A stretch of 64,000 bases of DNA from Tubiluchus corallicola (lineage: Eukaryota; Animalia; Priapulida), in assembly GCA_030141605.1 (NCBI GenBank), contig JAQGDQ010000114.1, positions 496,001 through 560,000 on the forward strand, in the 5' to 3' direction. Position 1 is the first letter of the stretch. Each line of letters opens with the position of its first letter. The notes below the pieces were generated by a model that ran no database searches, was not told the DNA's origin, and saw only the letters and a list, made by a program, of their open reading frames with translations. The position numbers were made by a program, and so were the translations under genes. Positions 28,661 through 41,607 of this stretch are shown piece after piece.

Positions 28661-30417
28661 GACATGCTTACAACCCACTCAGCTATGACTTATCAACCAA
28701 GTCAATTCTAGGAATCTTTAATCTCTAATGACATATGCCATCAAGGTCCCTACTCCCGTGAGATGTCCATATAACCCGTATAACTAATATAGGCACGAAT
28801 AATTTAATTGCCGATTAATAAACATTAAAATAAATATATGACCAGCGCGAGTACATAAAGTCTCTTCCTTCCAGGTTTCTGATGAAAGCTATTAAATGCG
28901 AGTCTTATAAAACAATATCACCAGAAAAGCCTTGAGCGTAAATTACGTATAAAGTTTAACGTCGATTGGTTATTTGGTGTCACCAATAACTATTCGGAGT
29001 ATGAAAACATAAGCAAATCGCACGAGCCGTTTGATTGACTAGCACAATACCGGCACTATAAACAGTTTACGCCAACTTAACGACAAGGATATACTAACAC
29101 TGCCAAAGCAAGTAAGACTCATAATGGCGTCTCAACGTTTGAAGATCCAGAGAGAACCGGCATTTCGGTAAGCCAGCGGCTTCAAGCAAAAAGTGATGAG
29201 GATGTCAGACTTGGAGGCGTGCCCCGCATGTCCCAAATAAGGCAAGCCAGCTTGGGCTCAGTGTACAGTTACAGAAGCGCCGAGTCTGTACGCTGGTTGG
29301 CTGGCAAACTTTTCTGTGTGTGACTGTGTGTGTGTGTGTGCATGTTTGCGTCTGAGAACAGCTGAGACCCGAGGAAACATCGGACTAGAAACCTAAGCCT
29401 GAACATACGGCTATACTTTGCAATCGATTAATTAACACACGCTAGTGCGAGGCAAGCTAGCCACAGACGCTTCAATAAACTTCCAAAACCCTTGACACAG
29501 ATATTAAGTTTTTATATATTTTAAACCTTTTCCGTATGACGTGCCATGAACTTTGATCTATGACACATCAATAAACGAGGGCTTAACTGCTTCGGAAGCC
29601 GGAACAGCCTTTATAACGTGAAAAGTTCGACTATTTTTCGCAACTATAAAACGTCGATTATTGCATAATAATTTGCAACTGCCGGGTAATTAATTATTAT
29701 AGCTACTATGGCTTGTAAAATGGATTTAGCGTTGCATCACCTCTCTCGAATAATCCACATGTTACATCGATTAGAAAAGAGAGGAAAACGGTGTCTAGAG
29801 TAAAATACTGGCAATCCAGCTCAGCTAATAACTGCTGTAAAAAATCTTGGATATTTTGTTCAGAAGCGCATATATTTAATCACGAGCAATAAGCAAATCA
29901 CAGGCGTTTATTGCGAAATTCGTGAACTATGGACCTAATTTAAACATTTTAGAAATGTGTATTCTTATTTAAGTTTTCTAACTGCGGCACCATTCTAGCT
30001 ACAAGCCTTATGACAACCAAATATTGTTAAGTTTACCGAGAGCTTGGTTTGACAGTAGTCGTACAGTACTCTAATTAGACTGCACGTGCTGCTTTTGAAC
30101 ATCAGTTACAGCGTGAAATTATTGCAAAAACAGTCAAAGTTGCGCTGGGAGGGAATCTATCTTGAAGACGAAAAGGCAGAAAAACAAAATAAGCACTGAA
30201 AACTAGTGCCATCAATTAAGAGGCAAGGTTTTACGAAAAGTTACCAGTAGACAGGACTTCTAACATTTTTTGTATTATAAAATTACATTGCATGCAACGT
30301 GTAAAAAAGCTAACAACCTAAAGTGCCCCGGTTAAACAGTTAATAGGCAATTAGACTTACAATGGGCGAAGACTCAGTTTTCTGACAAGTTCTATAATTG
30401 CTATACGCAATTTAGCG

Positions 30418-30421
<4 letters not shown>

Positions 30422-30490
<69 letters not shown>
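30422..30490. repeat. (GA)n microsatellite
   Basis: Seen directly. Confidence 0.95.
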
Positions 30491-33400
30491 TTTGTTAGCA
30501 AGGTATAAAAAAAAGTTATATAATACGTGTTTACAACATGTCAAAATAAGGCAGTTTAATCATATTTCATATAAAACTACAGTCTATAGCAAATTTGAGA
30601 ATAAAAAATAGGCAGGACACTGTTGAATATTGCAATAGTCCACGAAGTAGGGCTCTAAGCTCAAGTGAACGAAGTGTTCATGTTAAACACCCATAAGAGA
30701 TTAAAGAAGGTGGCTGGCAAGTTCTGACAGCACCCTTGGCTGCATTAGAGACTCTTGGATCTGTAACGTGATCGCCAAATTTTGATAGAATATAAGATTG
30801 AGACATCTGTAAGATGTTTTGGATGATCTTGAGTTCTTTGAGTTGCCTTTTATACTACAGCTTTTGCGAAGTTACTAGTTGTTTTTGGAGATCTTAGCAA
30901 AAGATGTACTATTTTACTCAATATGTAAATTCATTCTAGCAGAAATCTAGCAGAAGTTTACTTTTGACCATGAGCATAAAATAGATTGCTATTCTTACAT
31001 GAACTTTCAACTTTGGTTAGACTTATTTCCCTTTTTCTAGTTGTGGAAAACCTATAATGTAAACTTTATTTAAGAGTGTCTTCCATTTGATTCTAGCATT
31101 AAATTGAGTTTATAGCAAGATATCTTTACGCAGTTGTGATACAAGTTTATGCAACTGTGATACTCTAGGACCTTACTGGATCACAAACTGACGCAAATAA
31201 AAAATTCGCTGTTTTCTCTAAATTAGCTTATCCCAAATATTAGTTATTTACATTCTTAATTTCAAGACTATCACAAATGATGCAAAACTCACAATTATTA
31301 CAGTTTGAAATAAATTTCAATTGAAAAGACATGTGAAAAAATTTGGAATGAACCAGAATTTGAAGCAGGGACAGGTTTAAATTCCTCAAAAGATCTTTAG
31401 ATATTTCGTTTTAGTTGTAGGTTCATTCTATCATAACCCCAAAGAGTTTCTTAAAAAAGAAAAAACGTTAGACAGGGCTATTTACTTATTTACATGTGCT
31501 CAAAACTCCAACAGTTCAGTCAAATGAGTCAACAGTTATCAATTAACAGCAAAAATATAATTAAAAATATTTAGTATTTAGTTAGCATCTTTTAAGTAAC
31601 ATTAGGAGTAATAGTATTAGCTATGGGTAGATACTTTTATTTCAGACTTTTGTCCATATAGCATAAAATACAATTACATGAAAAATTAAAAAAATTACAT
31701 GCTACTATTTACAAAAATGAATTACAAAATTAGATTAAAATTAATATTATGGTAGAAAGTACTTTAATACTCTTCCTTCGCCTTAAAAACAATAATCAAG
31801 ATAAAAACAATATTCAAGTGTATAATAACAAAAACTCATCTGATCCATTACAAGAAAGCTCTACTAAATTAAAAGAATAATTTTGTCTATAAAATCTCCT
31901 GTAATTCACGTGATAAATTTTAATTTGATAGAACAGATATTGATGTAAAAAATTCTTTAAAAACATGTCTGACTATGATATCAAAACAAATACCTGTATG
32001 TCCACTTTCTAACATTTCATTTCATTTTTTTAAATACTAGGTAAATTAAATACTAATGCGCAATTCACACTGAATCTGGTTATTACAATGCTTTAATTAA
32101 TATAATATAGATAATTCGCATCGTGCTGCACAAATCCTTTAGTGCAGCTCAAATATATGCTATGGAGGTAAGGTACACCTTTTGTATATCTTTAATATTT
32201 ATGTAATCATCAATGCTAATCCTAAAAAATTTCAAGATGCATTTCTTTTCTTCATGACTAAGCACACACGTTTACCCATTTTTGCTAGCAACAAAAGAAA
32301 AATTAATTTTTTTCTTTCTTTGGTTGTAGATCCTAATCGTAGTAATAATCTTAACTAAATAAAGTTTAACTTAATATTTAAAGACAATCACGTTTGCCTC
32401 TTCTTCCCCATAATTGAACATTATTTTATCAGAAACTAACACTTCTGTATCATAATTCAATCAACAATCATCTTAAATGCAAAATCTGATAATTTTTAGT
32501 TACTTGGTACATGCACATTAATTAATTATATTAATAACAATTCTAGAGGGTGGCTGACCTCGATAACTCATAGTTTTCTCGTCACCCTTTCACCACTAAT
32601 CAACAATTACTTTTGCATTTTGTAATATTACTGTATGTTGTACAGATTTATAAATCACTTAGTTATGTATTTTGCTATTTTAAAAATGGTGATAAACTAA
32701 TAAACTTACTTACTTACCATGCAAAAGAAATTGGTCATACTTTTGATTTTACTAATGCAAAAAAAACATTCTCTCCAAATAATATCACTGACCAACACAT
32801 TACTAATTTTTTGAATTTAGCTTTAATTACAAAATTTCTGATAGATGGACTCTCCACTTAGAAAATTTTTACTTTCTCACCATATCACTTTATCTGTCAA
32901 CTTAAATGACCCAGAGATGCCCTAGGACAACGCAAGCGAAAAAGCCTAACTTTGCAATTTACAGGTGAAGGTGAATGCACAGTTAAATTTGGTTTCATCA
33001 TGTACCATTAGTGTTTAAGTTAACTTAATCCAATGGCAGGCATTTGACTTACAAATTTAGTAGACATCTGGCAAAGGTAAATCAGCACCCATTTTTCTGG
33101 CTTGGCTGTTTTTGCAATCTGCTGGACGAACATTTTATTTATGAATTTGGTTTCACCTGGTATCACCAAGGAGCCCTTCAACAGTTCCCAAGATTCTTGC
33201 GGGACATCCGGAAATCAATTTCTGCCATGCCTACTTACTTCCTCTAAACCAAACAAATATTGTAAACTGATTTGTTCAGCTTGGGGTCTAGGCGAGAAGG
33301 AGGAGTTCACAAAATGCCCATAGTGCTGCCATCGTTTAGCAGCTAATGAATTAAATAGCTTTGGGATTTTAGAGGCATTTTTTGATTTTTATATACGTGC

Positions 33401-34532
33401 AATACGCATTTCTTTATCATTACACTAATGGAATACAAAATCCATATAACTATTTTAAACAAGCGCTTTGAAGTCCTTATAGTACACGTAGAACTGATTA
33501 CTAATATAGTAATGACTGGGAAGTAATACCAGGAAAATAATGTATTATTACCACAAGTATAATTTTTTGAGCAACTGACTCTTTGACCTGAAGTTAAGAG
33601 TTCTATCTGTCTTCTTGATGAAAATGGAATTATTCTCATGTGTGTAGGTTTTACGTACACCAAACTACCTGCTAAATAATAGGAAGTTTCCTAATTACCA
33701 ATACTAAGTCTTGTGAAATTATTTGCATGTATGCTTAGTTTGAATAGTGCAAATTAAAATGTTTCCTCGTGTCCAGATAAAGCAGTCCAGCTGTAGCAAT
33801 AAATTCTATCAGCAGTTGCTATAAGCCATATTTCTCAAAACTGTACATTATATTTTGACATTCTTTAAAGTTTTGTTTAAAGCCGTGCATGTGGCTGTGC
33901 CTGGCGATGTTTGAACAGGGAGAAGCAGCAAGCGAAATGCAAATCCTGGTCAGGTTCCTCCTGATGATATCTGGGTGTGGTTTACAGTGCAAATAGAGTG
34001 TGCAGTCTTAACAAGTCAGTGTTGCTTTGACTATTTCACAAAGTTAACAGAATGTCTCAAGTGCTCATGTGGGCCTTTGGTATATCTAGTTTTTGTAGGT
34101 TACTGAATTTTCCCCTTGAAACATCAGCTGGACACAATGGACAGATTACATGTCTTTACGATGTTGTTCACTATACTCAATATAAGGTATTGATGTGGAC
34201 TCAACTTCAAAGCAGGGTTACATGAAAAGTTTTAAATCTGATCTCTTTTTTGCCAAGCATACTGAACTGCTGAACTCCAAGATAATAGCACAAGAAAGAG
34301 CCCGCATAATTGTTTTTCATCATACTGGCCAGACTTTCACATAACATATTTATTAGATAGGTATAGAGTGACTGCAATTTGACCTTAGTGTGCACTCACA
34401 ACATATTGTTAAGCTTTGCGTTGGTGAATATCCTTTGAAAATCATTTTTATTGCACATTTGTTATCGTACTATTGTGCTGATATAGCAACAACCTTTCTA
34501 AGATGCCAAATGGCAATAATTAGGAAACCTAC

Positions 34533-34809
34533 CTGAGCATTAGTCAATGGTCCAAATCTTTTCTCAACAGACGTTAGAGCTGGAAAGTGGCAGTTAAACC
34601 TGTCAATGCTTCTGGATTTAGAATCATCTGCACTTGTTCGAGGGCTTTCCACATTTCCATTGTCCCCTCCTGCAGAACCATGTTTAAGGCTGTCGCGTGG
34701 TGGCTTCCTAGGACTTGTTGGTCTTCTCGGACTACCGCTGTGTCCTGGTGGTGGCGAAAATGGAGGTGAACCAGGTCGGGTCCGTGGAGATGATGGTCTG
34801 CCATGTTTG
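34533..34809 (-). CDS. PPP2R3B: PP2A B'' subunit coding exon 2 (Ser/Pro-rich linker)
   Basis: TTTTAG acceptor and CAG|GTAGG donor. Open in phase with exon 1 (KHGRPSSPRTRPGSPPFSPPPG...LTNAQ) and ends in phase 0. Confidence 0.75.
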
Positions 34810-35580
34810 CTAAAACGGCAATAAAAAAATTAGTTATGTACAGTTAGCCAAACTTTCTGAATCTAATTTGCAGCAAGTGCATAAGAAGCCCTTGTTATAA
34901 TGAACTAATTGGGGAAGGACAGTCTATTATCATTAAGGGACACACCCCACAATAATATGCTGCACGTTATTACAAAAAACACTAATAAATGGGCACATTT
35001 AGTTTAGTCATTCTAAACATTTGCTGATTAATGTAAACATTCAAGAAACCAATCAGTTTGCTCTTGAACTTATCTAACATAGCTGATAAACTTCTTTCTA
35101 TGTGTGTTTTTATCTAGTAGTTCTGAATGACTAATTAGTGTGTGCATTTGTCATTTTTCTACTATGAAAATGAATATTAAACTAGTGGAATAGCTATATT
35201 TGAACCTGCAGATGATATCAAATGATAAGCATAGTTCCTCTGCTGTTTGCCCCTATAAAGGAAATCCTTGTACAAATAGCTTTACAAGTTTCTGGTAATA
35301 CATTGTACTATAATGCAGTACAAAACACCACAAATACACTGCAAAACACACGAGAATGTGCAAATGTGAGACTGTCAATCTGACTTTATCCAAGTTTACT
35401 GGAAGGCTTGGAAATATGTGAGAATTTTATACTAATTTAAAAAGAATGAAGTAATTATAAACCTTCTTATAGATCACTTTACCATACATAGTGGCTGACT
35501 GACAAGCATAATTAATTTATGGCATGTAGACAGCGTGCTTTAAGTTGCACTTGGCAAATTTTCAGAAAGCTGGAACGCTG

Positions 35581-36235
35581 AAGGCATTTTTTCTGAAAGT
35601 GGCCAATTTAGGTTATCTTATCAACTTGACTGTGCTGAATCCGAAAAAAACTGTTGTCAGCTTGAGAAGTTAGCAGAAATGGTAAAAAACACACTCACAC
35701 AAAAAAACAAAATGGCCACAAAGTTTTTACGTTAACAATATAAATCAAAAGAAATTCCAAGAAAATTAGCATTAAGAGGCAATTATGATGCCTATTGCAG
35801 GGTAGTTGGAACTAAGAAATCTGTTTCTGTTACTTTCATCTCAAAAATGGTCACAAATAATGAAGTTATGCGAAAAATGCTATTATACAAACTGTTTCAT
35901 CTAGAGATTTATTATAAAAACAAAATGCAAATTATTTCTATAAATTCGATCTTGCTGAAAATAAAAATTGCTACTAGCCACCAAAAGGGATGCAAAGAGA
36001 CTGAAACAATCCAATAAGCAAAACAAAAAATCAGCAGAATGGCAAGAAATGCTAATGTTAATCTTTTGGCGATTACTTTTGATTTATGTTGTTTACACAA
36101 AAACTTGGTGGCCATTTTGTTTCTCTTTTTTGTAACTTTTCCAGTAACTTTTCAAGCCGGTAACAGCTTTTTTCGGATTCAGCATAGTCAAATTGATGAC
36201 TGCTGTTTTACTTACTTTTAGAAAAAACTGCCCCT
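35581..36235. mobile_element. MITE with ~190-bp imperfect terminal inverted repeats
   Basis: Left arm TTGACTGTGCTGAATCCGAAAAAA...AAAATGGCCAC is mirrored by GTGGCCATTTTG...TTTCGGATTCAGCATAGTCAA. Confidence 0.7.
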
Positions 36236-36706
36236 GGAATTTTGAAGAAGCACTTTTCAGGATTTCCTTCTAGCCTAATTGTGCCCGATAAAGAAGCTCG
36301 TGCAGTGGTGTATCACAGACCCATTCAAACACATGTTATCATTATAGTCAAGTGTAACCAGAATTGATTGCAGAGCCAGAAATAGTTCGTTATATTCAAA
36401 TTATAACGATATCCACTTTAATAAAAGTTTGCTATAATTTATGTACCTATTTATTTTTTGCATAAGAAGATGAGAAGTCCATAACTAATATATTAAAAAA
36501 TTCATCATGCTGAACATAGTATTGACCAACCGGTACATTATTTAAAATTTTACTTCACTATGGCACATCATCATCATTACGTTTCATGCCACGAAAGCAG
36601 AGAGGCAGTAACCAACACTGTTTCAGTACTCTATTCCAGCTGTATACAGTGCAACCATTTCGTGCACAATCAATCATTGTTTACACTTTGCTAAACTGAA
36701 GTTTAC

Positions 36707-36858
36707 CTTTGCGAACTAGATGATGCAGAACTCACGCTCCTATCATTAGAAGAGATATGTTGTAAGTTTGTCTTTAAAAACACTTGAGTGTTAGGCTCAC
36801 TAAGCCATTTCAAAAATAATTCATCGACTTTTAGTTTCAGCACTGGTTTGAGGCTCAT
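36707..36858 (-). CDS. PPP2R3B: PP2A regulatory subunit B'' (PPP2R3A/B family), first coding exon of the PR70/PPP2R3B-type isoform
   Basis: Translates MSLKPVLKLKVDELFLKWLSEPNTQVFLK..., matching the family N-terminal motif (L.PVLK.KVDELFL.WLSE). Acceptor TAG lies 12 nt upstream of the ATG (exon starts 36870). Donor AAG|GTAAAC, phase 2. Confidence 0.88.
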
Positions 36859-36925
36859 CACTCACATCACCTAGAAGAAAAGTTATAGATAGTTTAGTTA
36901 GCCAGAACTTCTACCCTAACATTGC

Positions 36926-36930
<5 letters not shown>

Positions 36931-36968
<38 letters not shown>
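36931..36968. repeat. (TA)n microsatellite
   Basis: Seen directly. Confidence 0.9.
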
Positions 36969-36972
<4 letters not shown>

Positions 36973-38249
36973 TATTTTACAAATTTTACTGAAACTGATG
37001 ATAAGCTAAACAAATATTTTGGAATGGCTGTTGGTAACTATTGCATTTTCGGTTTCCTTCAGAAGAACACACTGTCGTATGATAATGATGATGACTGCTA
37101 CTTTACGGGTACCTGATCTGATTAATTGTGCTACCATGAGTTATCAGTATACAACCTAAATCGGTATCGACTATACAGTCTTTTAGGTTAGCCATGATGT
37201 CTCGTATTCTAATGTGTGTTCCTAAGACATTATTCAGTAGGAGCTGCTTAATAGACTCACTCTGGGACCGAAGTATTTTGACCCAATTAACCGACTAAGA
37301 ACTTATTAATCGATTGGTGTAGTATTACTGGTATAGAAGTACAAGTCACCAGCTTAGTCACTGCCAAGTTTTTTTAATGAATTTTAAAAATGCAGTAATG
37401 CTTAAATTCCTTTGTGCAGTTAAGAATTAGAAAAAATATTTTAAAATATTAATTTATAATAAGTGAATTAGCAATAAATTAAAAAATATACTTTTCTAAA
37501 TTACACAAGTCTGTTTATTTGCAAAAGTTATAAAAATTCCTTCAAAGTCAGCTGGTCTGTTTTATCGCAAAGAAGTTGGCTCACAAAGCTCTCATAACGA
37601 TAAAAACGTCGACAATCTGTTGTTGTATGATGCACAAATTTTCAAAAAATATTCAGTGCTTCGCGTGCTTAAACTGTTGGTGGAGCCCGCGTTTCCCTGC
37701 AAGTAGCTTTGTATTAAACATTCTGGCAAAGGCAGCCAGAGCTTCAAAGGCAAACTGCTAAGCAAGTGATTAACTGTTTAGCTTCCAAGAATTCTTCGAT
37801 AAGGAGGTTAATTGCAATGGACAGGCAGGTCAAAGCAAACCATTAGGCTAGCATATTAGCACATGATAAATGTTCCTGCTTACAAACAAAAATGTATTTA
37901 ACATGATTGTTTCTATGTATATTATAGGACAAAAGCGAACTAAGATGATATAAAAGTCATAAAAGCTTATTAGTCACACGAAAGTGCTTTATTGAAGCAT
38001 GTGAAGCAAAAATATTGAGTCACTTATGCGGAGTTATTTGAGTCATTTACAGTCAGTTTTTTAAGTACATTTGACTAGAAGCGGCCCGTACCAGGCTTTT
38101 CGAGTCAATTAAGCGAGTCATTTGAGTCATTTCTGGGGGTCAACAATGGCACCCCACAGTGTTCAGTTGTCAGTCCTCTAGTCTCTGTAATTGTCATCAA
38201 TGATACTGATACCCCTGTACAGAGTAATGTTTTTAAATTTGCTGATAAC

Positions 38250-39089
38250 TATGGGTGCAGATTTTTATCAACTAAACCGAAGACGATGTTTAATGCTTGG
38301 GTGCCATCGAACCAAAGCTTAACCGAATGATTGCCAAACTGAATTCTGAATAAAATGTCGAGTTAAATTGGAATGCCGGACCGAAGCCAAACAAAATTTT
38401 TCTGTAACTGAAGTGAATTGTAACTTTTTTGTTCCAATAAATTCCAATTTAAAAATTATAAACTCTACAATGTTAAAACTTTTTAAGTTAGTGATGATTG
38501 ATAAGCAGTGTAAAAAAGTACTAAATGTGTGTTTGTATTTAAATGTTATGAAGTAAAGTATTAAGTATATTAAAAGCATCCCTAATGCTTTCAAAAGCTG
38601 TTCAAACTATTTTGTATAATCAGTAAAAACAGTATTTAAGCAAAACTGCAATGGTATAATTGTTTACTAGCTCTAGTTCTCGGTGATTTATTCCGTCGTG
38701 TATAAGCGAGTATAGCACGCTTATAGTATAGCAAGTATAGTATAGTATATACAATATGCTATTGTATATTGACGCTACTTGTGTACAGACAGTACATCGC
38801 ATTCTCCGAGTTACCATACAAAAACAGAAAGCAAAATGTCAGCTATTGTGTCATGTTCACTGTTTACTATCAGCTTTTTTTGATAAATTTTTATAAGTAT
38901 TAGAGGGAAAATTTTGATTTGTTTAATATAATTTTCAATGAGACAATTACAGCCCATTAAAAAAGGAACTTTGGTATACGGAAAGATTCACTGAACATTT
39001 AGTGATTACAACTGAAGTTTACCAGACCCAATTTCTAAAGTGATATTCGGAGAAAAAATTTGATGGTCTGAATATTTGGTGCATCCCTA
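38250..39089. mobile_element. Old hAT-like MITE nested in the CR1 fragment
   Basis: Right end GGTGCATCCCTA, degenerate left end TATGGGTGCAG, CCGAA/TTCGG subterminal repeats; interrupts the RT remnant. TSD not clean. Confidence 0.5.
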
Positions 39090-40222
39090 TCTGAATCTGA
39101 TACTATCGAGTTGCAAAATTATTTAGACCAGTTATGCAGGTGGAGCACGGATTGGCAGATGATTCTCAATATTGACAAAAGCGAGGTCATGCAGTTTGGA
39201 TACAATAACCCTGGTAAAGTGTATTACAAAGATTCAGGTGTGACAGTAACTAACAGTGTTTCCATCGAGTAACTGGGTAACCGAGTAATTACCCGCATTG
39301 TTTATTACCTGAGCCTAATATTTCTACCTGGCTCCAACAATGAAAATGCTGACAAAATTTGTAATACAATAACCATTATTAGAGAATTTAAAATTTAAGT
39401 GCCACCTTCTGCTATGAACTTCTACAATGGATACCTACTACCAAACTATTAAGTATTAACTGCTGCGCTGGCAGTGTGCCGGGCCAACAGCCAATGATCT
39501 ACCTGCTACGACCAAGAAGACGACTGGAACGATCAACCGGCCCGATAATAGAAGCCGAGAGATTGGCTGGTTAGTCTTCCTACTAGCCAATCAGATTGCT
39601 TCTCGCATTTCGTGCACATTTGACCATTTCAACTAATTATTATTAGTATGGGCCGCAAGTGACCCGTGGGCTGCAATTTGCACACCCCTGCCCTAAAATT
39701 TCACAGTTGTCAGCACTGAAGATACGCTGCATTGCCAGCAAAAGCATGTGACAAACATACATGTAAGGGAACTTTTTGCTTTATTCAAACTAATTTACCC
39801 AAGATTTTTCAGCGGGCTTTGACATTTAGGAGAAAAGAAAAGGTAAACTGGATAAATACTAGTAAAACTTCAGAAAAATGTTACTGAAAATTATCCGAAA
39901 TTTTGGCTGTGAAATTTAATAAATTATCAGCAAACCGAAACGCAAATTTCATTTCAGTAACATCCCTGGTTAAGGTGACATCAAGGAAATTTGATACAAA
40001 CTTGTAAAATTATGCATGGGTTAGATGGCACACATAGAGAAAAAATGTTTACACGGGCTAGTGTTTAATGAAAGCAGAATTAGCAGGCACTCTCTTAAAA
40101 TCTGTAAACAATATAAGTCACTATCTATAAATCTACCAGCAAGATTGTTCAGCAAAAAATAATTTTCACGGAATGAGTGGTTAGAGAGTGGAATTTACTC
40201 CCGTCTGATACTGTTAAAGTTC

Positions 40223-41096
40223 AGCACTCTATTAGAATCCAGGTCCCACTCGATATTTGCCGAGCGATCACCTATTTGATACGATTGCTTGGCCCATTAC
40301 GACGATCCGCACTACTTTCACGAATGCTCGTCAATACTTTGAGTGTAGAATTCTATGAAAATACACATTATTATTATTTTAATAATTGAGATAATGCTGA
40401 ACATGACTTTGTTCAGTCGAAACGTTAGTTCATCTGACTGAATAAATGACCTAAAATTAATTGCTATATAATTATTTTAACTAAATTTACTTGTTATGTT
40501 TACGTTCAGTTCACTCCTCGATTAGAATTTAATGTAAACAACCTCCCGTGCCAGACAATGCGCAAGGCTCAAAAGAAATTGTCTGAGAGCATAACATTGA
40601 AAATCATGTATGAAGAGTTTAAAGATATGCACAAAACGTTATTAACATGACCACTGTGGAAATTGAAATCTGACTGTGACGAGCTTAGTTATTAATAATA
40701 ATGCGGATGATAATGAAGATGAATAATAATTGTTATTATGAAAAATTACTTAGTTTATTTCAATAAAAATCAGCATAAAACACACTTGTTGAAAAAATTC
40801 TTTCCACTGCTTGTAGCAATTTAATTATTTATTCAGGTAAAATACATTTTATACGAGCGTGTGCATCAAAAACTTAGGCAAAGTATCAATTTTTCGTTTT
40901 TTACATAAACAAATGCTAAACTTGTTGGACTCTTATATTCTATTATTTCATTAACTTATTCCACCACTAGTGAAATTCAGGCGCTGACCAATCATCGCAT
41001 CGTAAGACTAAGAGCAGCGTGGTTCGTCACAATCCGCATCAAAATAGGCGACTGCTCGACGAAAATTGAGCGGGACCTAGATTCTAATAGAGTGCC
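40223..41096. mobile_element. Non-autonomous DNA transposon with ~60-bp TIRs nested in the CR1 fragment
   Basis: GCACTCTATTAGAATCCAGGTCCC / GGGACCTAGATTCTAATAGAGTGC; flanks AAAG-TTC and AAAGCTTC suggest an eroded 8-bp TSD. Confidence 0.78.
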
Positions 41097-41607
41097 AAAG
41101 CTTCCTCAGTGAATAAATTCAAGAACAAGCTGGATAGATATTTAGATGTAAACACGATTAACCACTCTTAACTAGTGCCAGACAGCAAGTGTGCACACGT
41201 TTTGCCCATTTTGCATTTAAATCCTGAAGACTATCTGTTTAAACTTCTACTTTTATTAGCATACCTACAACTGCAATAATACATTTTATTGAAATATAAG
41301 TAGGTATATCTATGCTTCAAATTATTTTTTAACGTTTTCATGATAAACAAACCGCTAAAGCAACAACCATGTTGAAAACCCAATGTAAAGTTTGTCACTG
41401 ATTCGATTGCTCGTAACTAATTTATTCATTCAAAACTAGTGGGTGAAGAGGAAAAATCTTTCCCATATATATGGAATTATTTGCTCAAAAAGTTCAAAAC
41501 CCTTGAGGTACCGTATGTACAATCATTTACGGGTACAAGCATTATACATGTAAACGACATATTGCACGTTAATATTATTAGTTTTGGTATTATTAGTATT
41601 TCTTGCG

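Larger units (their letters stand above)
38134..41155 (+). mobile_element. Decayed CR1-type LINE 3' fragment split by three nested insertions
   Basis: Collinear RT remnants: GTPQCSVVSPL..IND..KFADN / WQMILNIDK..VMQFG..KDSGV / LIQTCKIMHG..GHSLKI..REWNLLP / SSVNKFKNKLDRYL. Confidence 0.78.

Noticed and set aside
26915-28678. The 587-aa ORF as an independent intronless nested gene
   Set aside because: It has a strong in-phase donor 15 nt before the stop, is on the host strand, and has a PR130-like start; an alternative exon fits better.
27684-28711. Plus-strand ORFs (91 and 62 aa)
   Set aside because: Antisense shadows of the large minus-strand exon.
34574-34824. Several alternative-frame ORFs over PPP2R3 exon 2
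   Set aside because: Only one frame is in phase with the flanking exons; the others reflect GC-rich coding sequence.
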